A stretch of DNA of 64,000 nt from positions 1-64,000 of the forward strand of contig JAWLHB010000045.1 in the NCBI GenBank assembly GCA_041690595.1, in the 5' to 3' direction. The DNA comes from Lentisphaeria bacterium. Its GTDB lineage: Bacteria; Verrucomicrobiota; Lentisphaeria; JABSQK01; JAWLHB01. A program made the position numbers and the translations under genes. Of this stretch, positions 8,573-17,029 are shown piece by piece; position 1 is the first letter of the stretch; each line of letters starts with the position of its first letter. Below the pieces are notes generated by a model. That model saw only the letters and a list, made by a program, of their open reading frames with translations, was not told the origin of the DNA and did not search any database.

Positions 8573-11500
8573 GCGCGACTCCATGCGAAGGTGCCGGGGG
8601 AGTGGCCTGGATCGCCGCTGGCGAGGTGGCTGATGAAGCATTCATGTCCGCGCAGGTCGGTGGGTATGGTGCCGGTGCTGAGGGTTATCTGGAGCGCGCG
8701 TGGCTCGGCGTTATCCGTCATGCCGGTGATACGCAATGGATCGCCCGTGCAGGTGGCGTCGGCAATGGTGCCGAGGTGATGGTCGGCGACATAGATGTGG
8801 CTGCCTGGCCAGATGATTTCGGGGCCGACGGTGGGGGAGGAAAGAAGCTGCCCCGCCGAGCGTGGCCCAATGAAGCCTGAGTGGGTGTAGAGCTTGCAGT
8901 TTTCAGGATCGAGCCAGACGCGGGTGAGACCGTCGGTCAGGAGTTCGCTTCGCAACGCCGGCAAGGCGCTTTGGCGACCGGATTGGTGGTGGATGTGGAG
9001 GAGGCGCCGGCCAGGACCGATGGCACCGTCGATGTCCAGGGTGTTGGCTGCAATGTCAATGGCTAGGACGGTGAAGGCGATGGCGGTTTGCCGTAGTGCC
9101 CAGCTCTGATCTCCCAGACGCAGCGCGGTGCCGCCGCTGCCTTGGAGAGCAGTAAGGGTATCGCCCGCATAGCGCAGGATCAGCAGCTCACCGTCGAAGT
9201 GCAGGTCGAGCTCCTTGCACCTGAGGGGCGTTACATCGGTACGGAAAAAGATGTGGTCCGTCCTTTCGCCATGACGGACTTTGGCCCAGGTGCCACCCGG
9301 AATCGGCCGGCGCTCCATGGTGAAGGGGGTCGCTTCGCGGGTCAGTCGGTAGGCGGCGAGAAAGTGGGATTCCCGGTCGGGAGCCACTTTGCGCTGGTGG
9401 AGGAGGATTGTGGACGTGCCAGGCGGTTGGGCGACGATGTCGCTGGGGCATTGCGCAACGGTGAGGGTGTCGCCTTGTTGAAGGCCGAGGATGAGTTGCC
9501 CCGTGAGGTCGCCGATTTGCCAGGTAAACATGGCGGCGGCGGCGACCTCGGCGATGACGTTGCCCGTGATGGCGAGTGCGTCGTGGCCGTTGTGCATGTC
9601 CAGCTTGGCAGCTTGGCGATCCCACCAGGATGTGGCGTCATAGGGAGGTTGGGTACGCTCAGTGACGGCAGTCAGGGGAAGGGTGGTGCTGGCGAAGGCG
9701 TCGCTGCCGCCGAGCCAGCTCTGGGTGTAGTCGGTAGCACCAGCGCAGGCAAAGAGGTCGACGACGTATGGAGTATTGCCGCCGACATTCACCAGCGTGC
9801 GCTGGTAGCGGGATAGCTCAGGATAGACAGAATTGTCGGCAACGGTGATGATGTCGGCGAGGGAGCCGCTGTGCTGGAGCAGGAGCGTCCCGCCGGTAGA
9901 TTCCTGTTGGCGCTCGTCTCCCACGCTGACGGTGCAGTGGGCGAGGGTCCGGTCGATCCAGAGGTGGCGGAAGGGGGAGTGATAGTTGGTGCCGAGGTCT
10001 GGGAAAAGCGACTGCCCGAAGGCGCGGAAGGTGATGCGGAGACTGTCGAAGTGGCTGTGGTAGTCGCCGTGGGGTGTCCAGGAGAGGCTCAGTGTGGGTC
10101 TGGCTGGGTGAGCAGAGCGGAAGATGGCGAGGCCGAAGTCCTGGCTGAGGACGTTGTGCGTGGGTGGCCAGGGCTCGGCATCGACATCTGCATCGGTGGC
10201 AAAGAGGCTCTTTTCCCAGGCAAGCAGGTGTCGATCCGGACATTGCCTGGCGATTTCGCGTACTTGCTCGGGGTGTCGTTTCTGCATGCTGCTGTCGCCG
10301 AGGATGAAGTAGGCGCCATCGCTGTGAAGGAAATCGAAGAGGGCATGCAAGGGGCGTGCCGCCGCGGGGAAGTCCTGTTCGATCCGAAAGTTCTCGATGG
10401 GACGGTAGCAGGCAGCCACGGCGGGACCTGGTGTGTAGCCAGCGGGGTCGGAGTAGTGGCGCAGGCAGGAAAGCGCGGTGAGGATGCCGAGGGCGGCATA
10501 TTCCTGGTAGCCGCTGGTGCGCTCGGCGTAGAGTCCGGTGGCATCGAAGCAATTCTGCAGATACTGGCGGATACCCTTGGGGCCCCAGAGGAGGTCTTGG
10601 GCAATGTCACCTCCTTCCAGCCGAAAGCTGTGGCGAACGATGTCCTCGACGATCAGCCCTTCACCAAAGATGTGAGCGGCTCCGGCGATGGCGCGGTAGT
10701 GGTTGGTCGTGGAGTTGTGAAACTTGTCGAGAAAATAGGTCTGGATGGGGTAACCCTGTGCTTCAAGCACGGGCTTGATGACGTGGTCCCGAATCCTGGC
10801 GAATGCATTGGGAGTGGCGGCTCGGCTGTCGCTGATGAGGTCGTAACCCAGGGTCCACTCCGTGATCATGTAGGAGCCGCCCCAGGAGATAAACCAGCCG
10901 CCGTAGCCGCGGCCCAGTTGGTCGGCAGTGAGGACGTGGACGCCCGTGCCGCAATACTCGTCGATGCGGTTGCCTTGATAGGCGAGGTACGGCCAGTGGG
11001 CCAGGCGATCGGCGAAAATGTCAAGCAGCGCGATGGCTTTGGCGGCGTAGGCGTCGTTGCCCGTACAGTGCCAGGCAACGCAAAGTGGGTAGAAAATATC
11101 CCGATAACCGAGCGCCTTCATGCGAAAGTGCTCGGCGCAGGCTGTGAAGTAGTAGCGTTTGCCGTTGGCTGTGGGGTGGTAGGGATAGATCTTGTCGCCG
11201 ACCATCTCTTCGGCACTTTCCGGAAAGTCGTCATTGGGGAACAGGGTGGCGCAGTGGATGCATGTCAAACGCTGCGGCGCAGCCGGATCTACCTGGTCCC
11301 AGTAGGCATCGTCGAGGGAGTCGAAGGTGGAACTTGCCCATGTGCTTTCGCTTAGGTTGGAGGCCAGTCGCGCCCACCTTGGGTCCTGCACGCCGCACTG
11401 TGGGCAGCGTCGGATGAGGTATGCCGAGGGCTCCAGGGGAAAGCGCTCAGGAATGAAGGCACGGTAGACTGTATCCGGGATGCTCAGCAGGCGAGCTGCT

Positions 11501-11574
11501 TTGGCCTGATAGCGTTTGGCGAACTCGGCTTTCAGTTCTGCGAGCTGATGGGGCAGGTGCATGCGGTGAGTCAT
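8569..11574 (-). CDS. Heparinase II/III family (polysaccharide lyase-like) protein
   Basis: TGNDAYAAKAIALL, KFHNS, YAERTSGY, YHSHFDSL..FPDLG..TLAHCTVSVG; also CPQC..CIHC. Confidence 0.8.
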   Translation of the reverse strand: MTHRMHLPHQLAELKAEFAKRYQAKAARLLSIPDTVYRAFIPERFPLEPSAYLIRRCPQCGVQDPRWARLASNLSESTWASSTFDSLDDAYWDQVDPAAPQRLTCIHCATLFPNDDFPESAEEMVGDKIYPYHPTANGKRYYFTACAEHFRMKALGYRDIFYPLCVAWHCTGNDAYAAKAIALLDIFADRLAHWPYLAYQGNRIDEYCGTGVHVLTADQLGRGYGGWFISWGGSYMITEWTLGYDLISDSRAATPNAFARIRDHVIKPVLEAQGYPIQTYFLDKFHNSTTNHYRAIAGAAHIFGEGLIVEDIVRHSFRLEGGDIAQDLLWGPKGIRQYLQNCFDATGLYAERTSGYQEYAALGILTALSCLRHYSDPAGYTPGPAVAACYRPIENFRIEQDFPAAARPLHALFDFLHSDGAYFILGDSSMQKRHPEQVREIARQCPDRHLLAWEKSLFATDADVDAEPWPPTHNVLSQDFGLAIFRSAHPARPTLSLSWTPHGDYHSHFDSLRITFRAFGQSLFPDLGTNYHSPFRHLWIDRTLAHCTVSVGDERQQESTGGTLLLQHSGSLADIITVADNSVYPELSRYQRTLVNVGGNTPYVVDLFACAGATDYTQSWLGGSDAFASTTLPLTAVTERTQPPYDATSWWDRQAAKLDMHNGHDALAITGNVIAEVAAAAMFTWQIGDLTGQLILGLQQGDTLTVAQCPSDIVAQPPGTSTILLHQRKVAPDRESHFLAAYRLTREATPFTMERRPIPGGTWAKVRHGERTDHIFFRTDVTPLRCKELDLHFDGELLILRYAGDTLTALQGSGGTALRLGDQSWALRQTAIAFTVLAIDIAANTLDIDGAIGPGRRLLHIHHQSGRQSALPALRSELLTDGLTRVWLDPENCKLYTHSGFIGPRSAGQLLSSPTVGPEIIWPGSHIYVADHHLGTIADATCTGDPLRITGMTDNAEPRALQITLSTGTIPTDLRGHECFISHLASGDPGHSPGTFAWSRA

Positions 11575-14402
11575 GGCTGGGGCTCCAAGGAAAATGGGGT
11601 GACGCCCAGGCGCAGATAGCCGCGAGGGGCCTTGCCTGCCCAGCGGAGGACGCTGGTTTCGCCGGGGGGATCAGTGTCGTGCCCGAGCACATCGAAGCCA
11701 AGGATGGTGCCGGGCTGGGGCTTCATGCCGAGGAACTGCCAGGGCAAGGCAATCTCCAGAGTGTAGCCTGCTGCGTCGCTGGGATGCGTCCATGGCTGCC
11801 AGGTTTGGCGCCAGGCCTCGTCGTCGAGCAGACGCCGGGCGACGGGGCAGGTGACCGCGATGTCATCGACGAAGACGGTGACCGCGTTACCTGTGGGATG
11901 GATGGTGACGGTACGAGTATCGCCCAGCTTGATGACGAGCTTGTCCCCTGCCATGATGTAGTCGTCGAGCACCTGAAAGCGGAGATAGAGCTGGTTGTCA
12001 TCGTAGCACGCTGACCAGTCGACCCGGAAGTCCATGCCGTTGTCGCAGGAGATGAGGTGAGTGTTCTGCTCGCCATGGATGGGGCCTTGATCAAGAGCGG
12101 CCAAGGTCCAGAGGCTGTAGTAGAGGGATGAGGCGCTGAGGCGCTGCCATTCCGCGGTGTCGCCGTCGATCACGGGTGGTGCCTGGAGTCGGCGGGCCGT
12201 GTGGAGCCAGAGTGGGCCGGAGTCGGTCTGCAGTCCTGCCCAAGGGAAGCGTTCGGAGTAGGGGTGAGGTGGGGCGATGCGGGTGCCGTCGGGGTTCTGG
12301 ATCGCTACCGACTCTCCGTCGGCGACGGGGATGGGGCCGACGACCAAAGTCGGGGGTGATTGTTCGACACGGACAGCAGCACGAAGCTCCTCCTCGGTGA
12401 TCCCCGCGACCTGGATGAAGGCAAACGCATCGGCACTCGGGGGCTGGGTGGTGGGGTTGCCGAGCTGGTCATAGTGCTGCACGCGTTCCGCGGGCAGGTC
12501 CAAGGTCAGCGGAGGCGCACCGGGAAACAGACAGAGGCCCGGGGTGCCATTCGCAGTGGTATACGGCCAGATCTTATCCGAGGCGGAAAGATGGGATTCG
12601 GCGGGAACGATTCCCGCGAGGAAGCGGCCGGCGATGGTGTAGAGGGCGAGCGCACTGCTCATGGTATTGTCGGGGGCGAGGACGTTGAAAGGGTCGTGTA
12701 CCATGGTCCAGTCATAGGCACCGGGCATGGCTCTGTACATGGAGCTGGCGGTGGCGCGATGGAGGAAGAGGCTGGTAATCAGGGCGTGGTGGAGGCGCCA
12801 GTTGGCGTGAATCTGGCCACCATGCCCGGGGCTGAACTGGGACTCGCGGGTGAAGGCGCCGGCTGTCGGCCAGACCTTCTTCTTGTAGGTGCGGCTGAGA
12901 TGGTTGAGTTTGCGCCCATGATCGCCACTCATGCCCATGACGGAACCGCCGAACCAGTCGACCAGATCCATGCCGCCGATTCTGGCGAACTGATCCCACC
13001 ATGGCGCCGTGGCACTGACCATGATCTCGGCGTCGGGGCGATGTTTCAGGATAATGGCGCGGGTACGTTCGAGCACCGGGAGGAGTTGATGCGGGTGGTA
13101 GTGACCCTCGGCCTCGTCGCAGATCCACCAGACCTTGAAGTGCCTGGCATAGATCTGGACGTACTTTTCGACGGCGTCGTAGTAGGTGTCGGCGTCCGGG
13201 CCGGGGTCGGGGTGTCGTGCCGGCAGCCAGGCCGCCTGGGTCCACGGTGCTTTGCGTTCCCACTGCGAGGGCATGATGTGATTGCTCATGATGAGCCCGG
13301 CGGCTTCGGCCTGACGAAAAATCGCTGAGTGATCGGGCACTGTGCGCGTGTCGAAGTCGTAACGGTTGTTCATGTGAACGGCGTGATCGACCAGGCTGGC
13401 ATAGTAGGTGAGGCCCGCGCGCTGCATGAGCGCAATCATCGGCGGGCTCAGGTCGGTGAGGAGCCCGATGGGGGCGATGCGACCGGCCGGTAGTGGCGGT
13501 ATGACATCGAAGGTGAGGACACCGCCGGCAGCTTGCATGCCGTCGAGCCAATAGCTGAGCGCGTACTTGCCATGGGGGAGGTTGCCAAGGTTCAGTTGCC
13601 CGGTCTGTGCCGCCTGTGGCTGAATGGTGCCGATCTCCAGCTTGCCCTCGGCGACGATTGCCGCGGTCTGATTCCGCAGGGAGTAGTGGAGTATCCCCGT
13701 CAGGCTGTCGGCACCATGATTGTAGCACTGGACGGGGAGCGTGACAGGCTCGTCGGCCAGATGGATGCGACCGATGGCTGGATCGTGGATGCCACAGGCA
13801 ATGGCGGCGGCGGGGATGTACGTGCGAGCAGAGTTGCCGGGTTCCTCCAGCGACAGGTCGAAGTCGTCGTTGGACTTGGCTTGTTTGGGTAGAAACTGAA
13901 TGGCATCGATCAACATGTCGGAACCGCTGAACTCCAGAAATATCGGGAGGGTGCCACCGGCGACCTCGACAGCGACCTTTGTCCATTCGCCCGTGGTGAT
14001 GTCGGCGGTGGTGGTCCCCCCCTTGATCGGGTGGCTCTCGACTGCCAGTTTTGGGCGGGTGGCCGGATGAGAGGCTACCAGGCTGACGCGAGATGGTTTG
14101 CCGAGTGCTTTGGCCCGCAGGCTGAGGGTGTAGAGCTGTCCCGGCTTGAGACTCACGGGCAGGGTGAAGTAGCGGTTGCGCGCGAGCTTCGGCAGGCGCA
14201 GAGCGATCTTGCCGTCGAAGGCATCCTGGGTGGTCAGCCAGGTGGCGTCCGGAACTTCGGCATCGTCGTAGAGCGTCATGCGGCCGATTTCATGGCACCA
14301 TCCAGCCTCGAAACTGCCATTGCGCAGCAGATTGGCCGGCTCCGCGGCTGCCAGGGCAAGGACGCCGGTGATCATGCACACCAGGGAGGCAGGGCATTTC
14401 AT
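11571..14402 (-). CDS. Exported multidomain protein: CBM4/9-like, GH-A-like barrel and CBM9/DOMON-like domains
   Basis: Signal peptide; NLLRNGSFEAG; KVWWICDEA; PPVIDGDTAEW..YDDNQLYLRFQVLDD..LEIALPW..GFDV. Confidence 0.7.
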   Translation of the reverse strand: MKCPASLVCMITGVLALAAAEPANLLRNGSFEAGWCHEIGRMTLYDDAEVPDATWLTTQDAFDGKIALRLPKLARNRYFTLPVSLKPGQLYTLSLRAKALGKPSRVSLVASHPATRPKLAVESHPIKGGTTTADITTGEWTKVAVEVAGGTLPIFLEFSGSDMLIDAIQFLPKQAKSNDDFDLSLEEPGNSARTYIPAAAIACGIHDPAIGRIHLADEPVTLPVQCYNHGADSLTGILHYSLRNQTAAIVAEGKLEIGTIQPQAAQTGQLNLGNLPHGKYALSYWLDGMQAAGGVLTFDVIPPLPAGRIAPIGLLTDLSPPMIALMQRAGLTYYASLVDHAVHMNNRYDFDTRTVPDHSAIFRQAEAAGLIMSNHIMPSQWERKAPWTQAAWLPARHPDPGPDADTYYDAVEKYVQIYARHFKVWWICDEAEGHYHPHQLLPVLERTRAIILKHRPDAEIMVSATAPWWDQFARIGGMDLVDWFGGSVMGMSGDHGRKLNHLSRTYKKKVWPTAGAFTRESQFSPGHGGQIHANWRLHHALITSLFLHRATASSMYRAMPGAYDWTMVHDPFNVLAPDNTMSSALALYTIAGRFLAGIVPAESHLSASDKIWPYTTANGTPGLCLFPGAPPLTLDLPAERVQHYDQLGNPTTQPPSADAFAFIQVAGITEEELRAAVRVEQSPPTLVVGPIPVADGESVAIQNPDGTRIAPPHPYSERFPWAGLQTDSGPLWLHTARRLQAPPVIDGDTAEWQRLSASSLYYSLWTLAALDQGPIHGEQNTHLISCDNGMDFRVDWSACYDDNQLYLRFQVLDDYIMAGDKLVIKLGDTRTVTIHPTGNAVTVFVDDIAVTCPVARRLLDDEAWRQTWQPWTHPSDAAGYTLEIALPWQFLGMKPQPGTILGFDVLGHDTDPPGETSVLRWAGKAPRGYLRLGVTPFSLEPQP

Positions 14403-15640
14403 GGCTTGCCTCCCGTGATGCGGATCATCTCGGTGGCAAAGAATCGGCGAAAGTAGGGTGGTGCTTCGGCACGGCCGCCGATGCCGATCTGAATGGCGGT
14501 AATGCGGACCTCGTTGGCCACCACGCCGGTGCGGATGGCGGGGGCGAGGATCCAGGGGCCCCCACCCCCGAAATAATAGGCGGTCTCGACGGTTTCATCG
14601 CCAAGTTGGATATGGAGAATGGTGTCGAACATACGGGCGCGCAGGTAGATTTTGGAGAGGGCTACCCGGTAGCTTCCCGGCGGGAGCGGTTTGCTCAGTG
14701 GTATGGTCAGCGTTGCCGGCAAGCCGGTGTGTTCGCAGACAGCGATGATGCCGGTCGTACTGGGCTGGTCATACTTGTGTGGCGGAAAAGCATCACGCAA
14801 GTACCAGCCGCGCCGAAAGGGCTGCATGCCTTCGGCGTAAGGGATGTCGGTCGCGGCGTGGACGGGTAGCTCGATAGTCGTGGCCCAGAGAGCGTGCGCG
14901 CCGTCCTCTTCCAGCGAGAGCGCATCCGGCGGAGCATCGGCCAAGGCCTTGGCGCTCTCGTGGGCACTGGGCGCGACCGGTCGGGTACAGGTCGCGGTGC
15001 GCGTGGACAGCACCTCGACGCCGAGATCCGAGGCGCTGATCGTGGCGTCATCGATCGCGCAATGCAGGTTAATCCCCTTGGCGGCATTTTCTCCCGTGAC
15101 GGTGGTGATCCTGCCTTTCAGCCGCAGGCGCAATCTCAAAGCATCCTGTAATCGCTGTAGTGTCTCTGCTTCGTCACGGGTAGCGGAAGCGGCGACATCA
15201 ACCGCGGCGCGGAGATCGCCGCTTTGGTAAAGGGTAAAGGCGAGGCGTATCTGGTTGCGGGCCGCGTCGAAGGTGATGGAGTCGATTCGCAGGCCCCCAT
15301 CTTCCTTGTACCCAAGCTGTGCAGCGAGAGGTTCAGGTGTCAACAGCCAGGCAACTGGGGCGGCCCCCGCATAGCGGCCGCTCCGTGGTGCAGGTCTTCC
15401 GGTTTCTGCATTGCGCCCGAACGGGGCCAGATACTCATCGCCCCAAAGCAGGGCGACAGCAGGATGATTCAGGCTCCACGTCGGCGCTTTCCGGACGGTG
15501 GTGTAGGCATCGGCGTAGAGACCGCGAACGCCCAGCGGAAAGGGCTCGGCGGCATGGCTGATGACCAAGACGGTCGCGCTGACCAGCAAGGCAAGCCGTT
15601 GGCGGAAGATCATGTCGAAGACTGAGGCGACGTGCATCAT
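14399..15640 (-). CDS. Exported hypothetical protein
   Basis: Signal-like RQRLALLVSATVLVISHA-AEP; ATGA overlaps at both ends; C-terminus resembles the N-terminus of 17030..20935. Confidence 0.75.
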   Translation of the reverse strand: MMHVASVFDMIFRQRLALLVSATVLVISHAAEPFPLGVRGLYADAYTTVRKAPTWSLNHPAVALLWGDEYLAPFGRNAETGRPAPRSGRYAGAAPVAWLLTPEPLAAQLGYKEDGGLRIDSITFDAARNQIRLAFTLYQSGDLRAAVDVAASATRDEAETLQRLQDALRLRLRLKGRITTVTGENAAKGINLHCAIDDATISASDLGVEVLSTRTATCTRPVAPSAHESAKALADAPPDALSLEEDGAHALWATTIELPVHAATDIPYAEGMQPFRRGWYLRDAFPPHKYDQPSTTGIIAVCEHTGLPATLTIPLSKPLPPGSYRVALSKIYLRARMFDTILHIQLGDETVETAYYFGGGGPWILAPAIRTGVVANEVRITAIQIGIGGRAEAPPYFRRFFATEMIRITGGKP

Positions 15641-16821
15641 GTTGTGAGATAGTAGTCCTGTGCGTCGATCGGTATGGAAGCACCGCGGCTTTCCAGGCTC
15701 TCGATCGCTTTCAGCGCGATTGCCGTGGCGCGAGCGCCATCGATCTCGCCGCAGGGCGAAGGCGCACCCGCGCGGATGGCGGTGGCATAAGCCTCCAGTT
15801 CATGAAAATGCCCCTTCTCGACGCTTGGAATGCGCTCGTAGTAGGACTTGCGGGCGGTCTCTTCAGCAGTCGGGCCGTCAGCCAGGTACTGGCGCATTTT
15901 GGCGCGGTAGCCGTCGATTGTGTCGTTGGCCCCAATGTGGGGATAGCCATCTTGCTTGAGCGGGAAGCGCTCGGTGGCGGGTTGATCCGGGCCATAGCCG
16001 TCGGTATGCAGCGCCATATGTTGTTCAAGCACCAATGTCGATGAGTCGCTGAAGACCTCCAGCAGCTCTTTCGGGTAGGCAACACTGCCCCAGCCGCTGG
16101 AGATGATGCAGGCGGTGGAGCCGTCGGCGAACTCCAGCGTGATCACATTGTTGTCCGAACGACCGCCACAGGCGAAGATGCGACAGGGCTCCTTCTCCAG
16201 AAACCAGCAGGCCAGATCGTAGAAGTGGCAAGCCTCAACCAGGATCTTGCCGCCGCCATCGGCCAGGTCGAACGGCCAGTCTGGCCACAGCCGCATGTCG
16301 TCGACAACCCGCAGGGTCAACATCGCGGGTTTGCCTGCGTTGCGAGCCATGTAGATCGCTTTCGCACGTTGCACAGCCGGGCTGAACCGTCGGTTGAAAC
16401 CCACCATCAGACGGATCCCAGCGTCTTGAACTGCTCGCACCATGTTGCGTGATTCCTGCCACGTGCTGCTCATCGGCTTCTCGACGAAGATATCCTTGCC
16501 GGCGGCTGCCGCTTCGCAGATGAACATCTCGTGCTGCTGATGCCGCGTGCCGATGAAGATGACTTCGATCTCGTCATTGCTCAGCAGCTCGCGATAGTCG
16601 GCTGTCACCTGCGCCGGGGAATAGCAGAGCGCGGCCCGCTTGCGGTTGGTCGTATCGATGTCGCAGACACCATGAATCGTCCACAACTTGCTATGGTGAG
16701 CATTGGGCAGGTGGTTGCCGCTGACGAAGTTTCCGGTGCCGATGAACCCGGCCCGAACAGGCTGGACAGTGCGGGCGGCGGCAGGTGACGGTTTTCCCTG
16801 AATCCATGTATTGGCAATCAT
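15637..16821 (-). CDS. Gfo/Idh/MocA family oxidoreductase
   Basis: AGFIGTG, GKDIFVEKP, MVGFNRRF, ACHFYDL. Confidence 0.92.
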   Translation of the reverse strand: MIANTWIQGKPSPAAARTVQPVRAGFIGTGNFVSGNHLPNAHHSKLWTIHGVCDIDTTNRKRAALCYSPAQVTADYRELLSNDEIEVIFIGTRHQQHEMFICEAAAAGKDIFVEKPMSSTWQESRNMVRAVQDAGIRLMVGFNRRFSPAVQRAKAIYMARNAGKPAMLTLRVVDDMRLWPDWPFDLADGGGKILVEACHFYDLACWFLEKEPCRIFACGGRSDNNVITLEFADGSTACIISSGWGSVAYPKELLEVFSDSSTLVLEQHMALHTDGYGPDQPATERFPLKQDGYPHIGANDTIDGYRAKMRQYLADGPTAEETARKSYYERIPSVEKGHFHELEAYATAIRAGAPSPCGEIDGARATAIALKAIESLESRGASIPIDAQDYYLTT

Positions 16822-16865
16822 GCAAGCCCTTGGAGGTGTGGCGGTGAGAGATTCTGCACGCTGTT

Positions 16866-16894
16866 ATCATACGCGGCCATTCTGGGCATGTCAA
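16866..16894 (-). promoter_or_regulatory. Sigma70-type promoter of the 16821-to-4431 operon
   Basis: TTGACA-N17-TATGAT on the minus strand, 45 bp upstream of the first ATG. Confidence 0.8.
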
Positions 16895-16900
16895 GACATT

Positions 16901-16994
16901 GTGTATATATAGTGGTTGCAGGCAAGCTTGGGTGGCATGTTGGCCATTTGAAGCGGGAAGCTTGCAAGCTGATGGTTCAAGCTGTATATATACA
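16901..16994. promoter_or_regulatory. Two TATATATAC-type operator boxes
   Basis: GTGTATATATAG at 16901-16912 and the perfect palindrome TGTATATATACA at 16983-16994. Confidence 0.65.
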
Positions 16995-17029
16995 CGACAA
17001 CCTCTGAGACACAACGAAAGGAACAGGAT

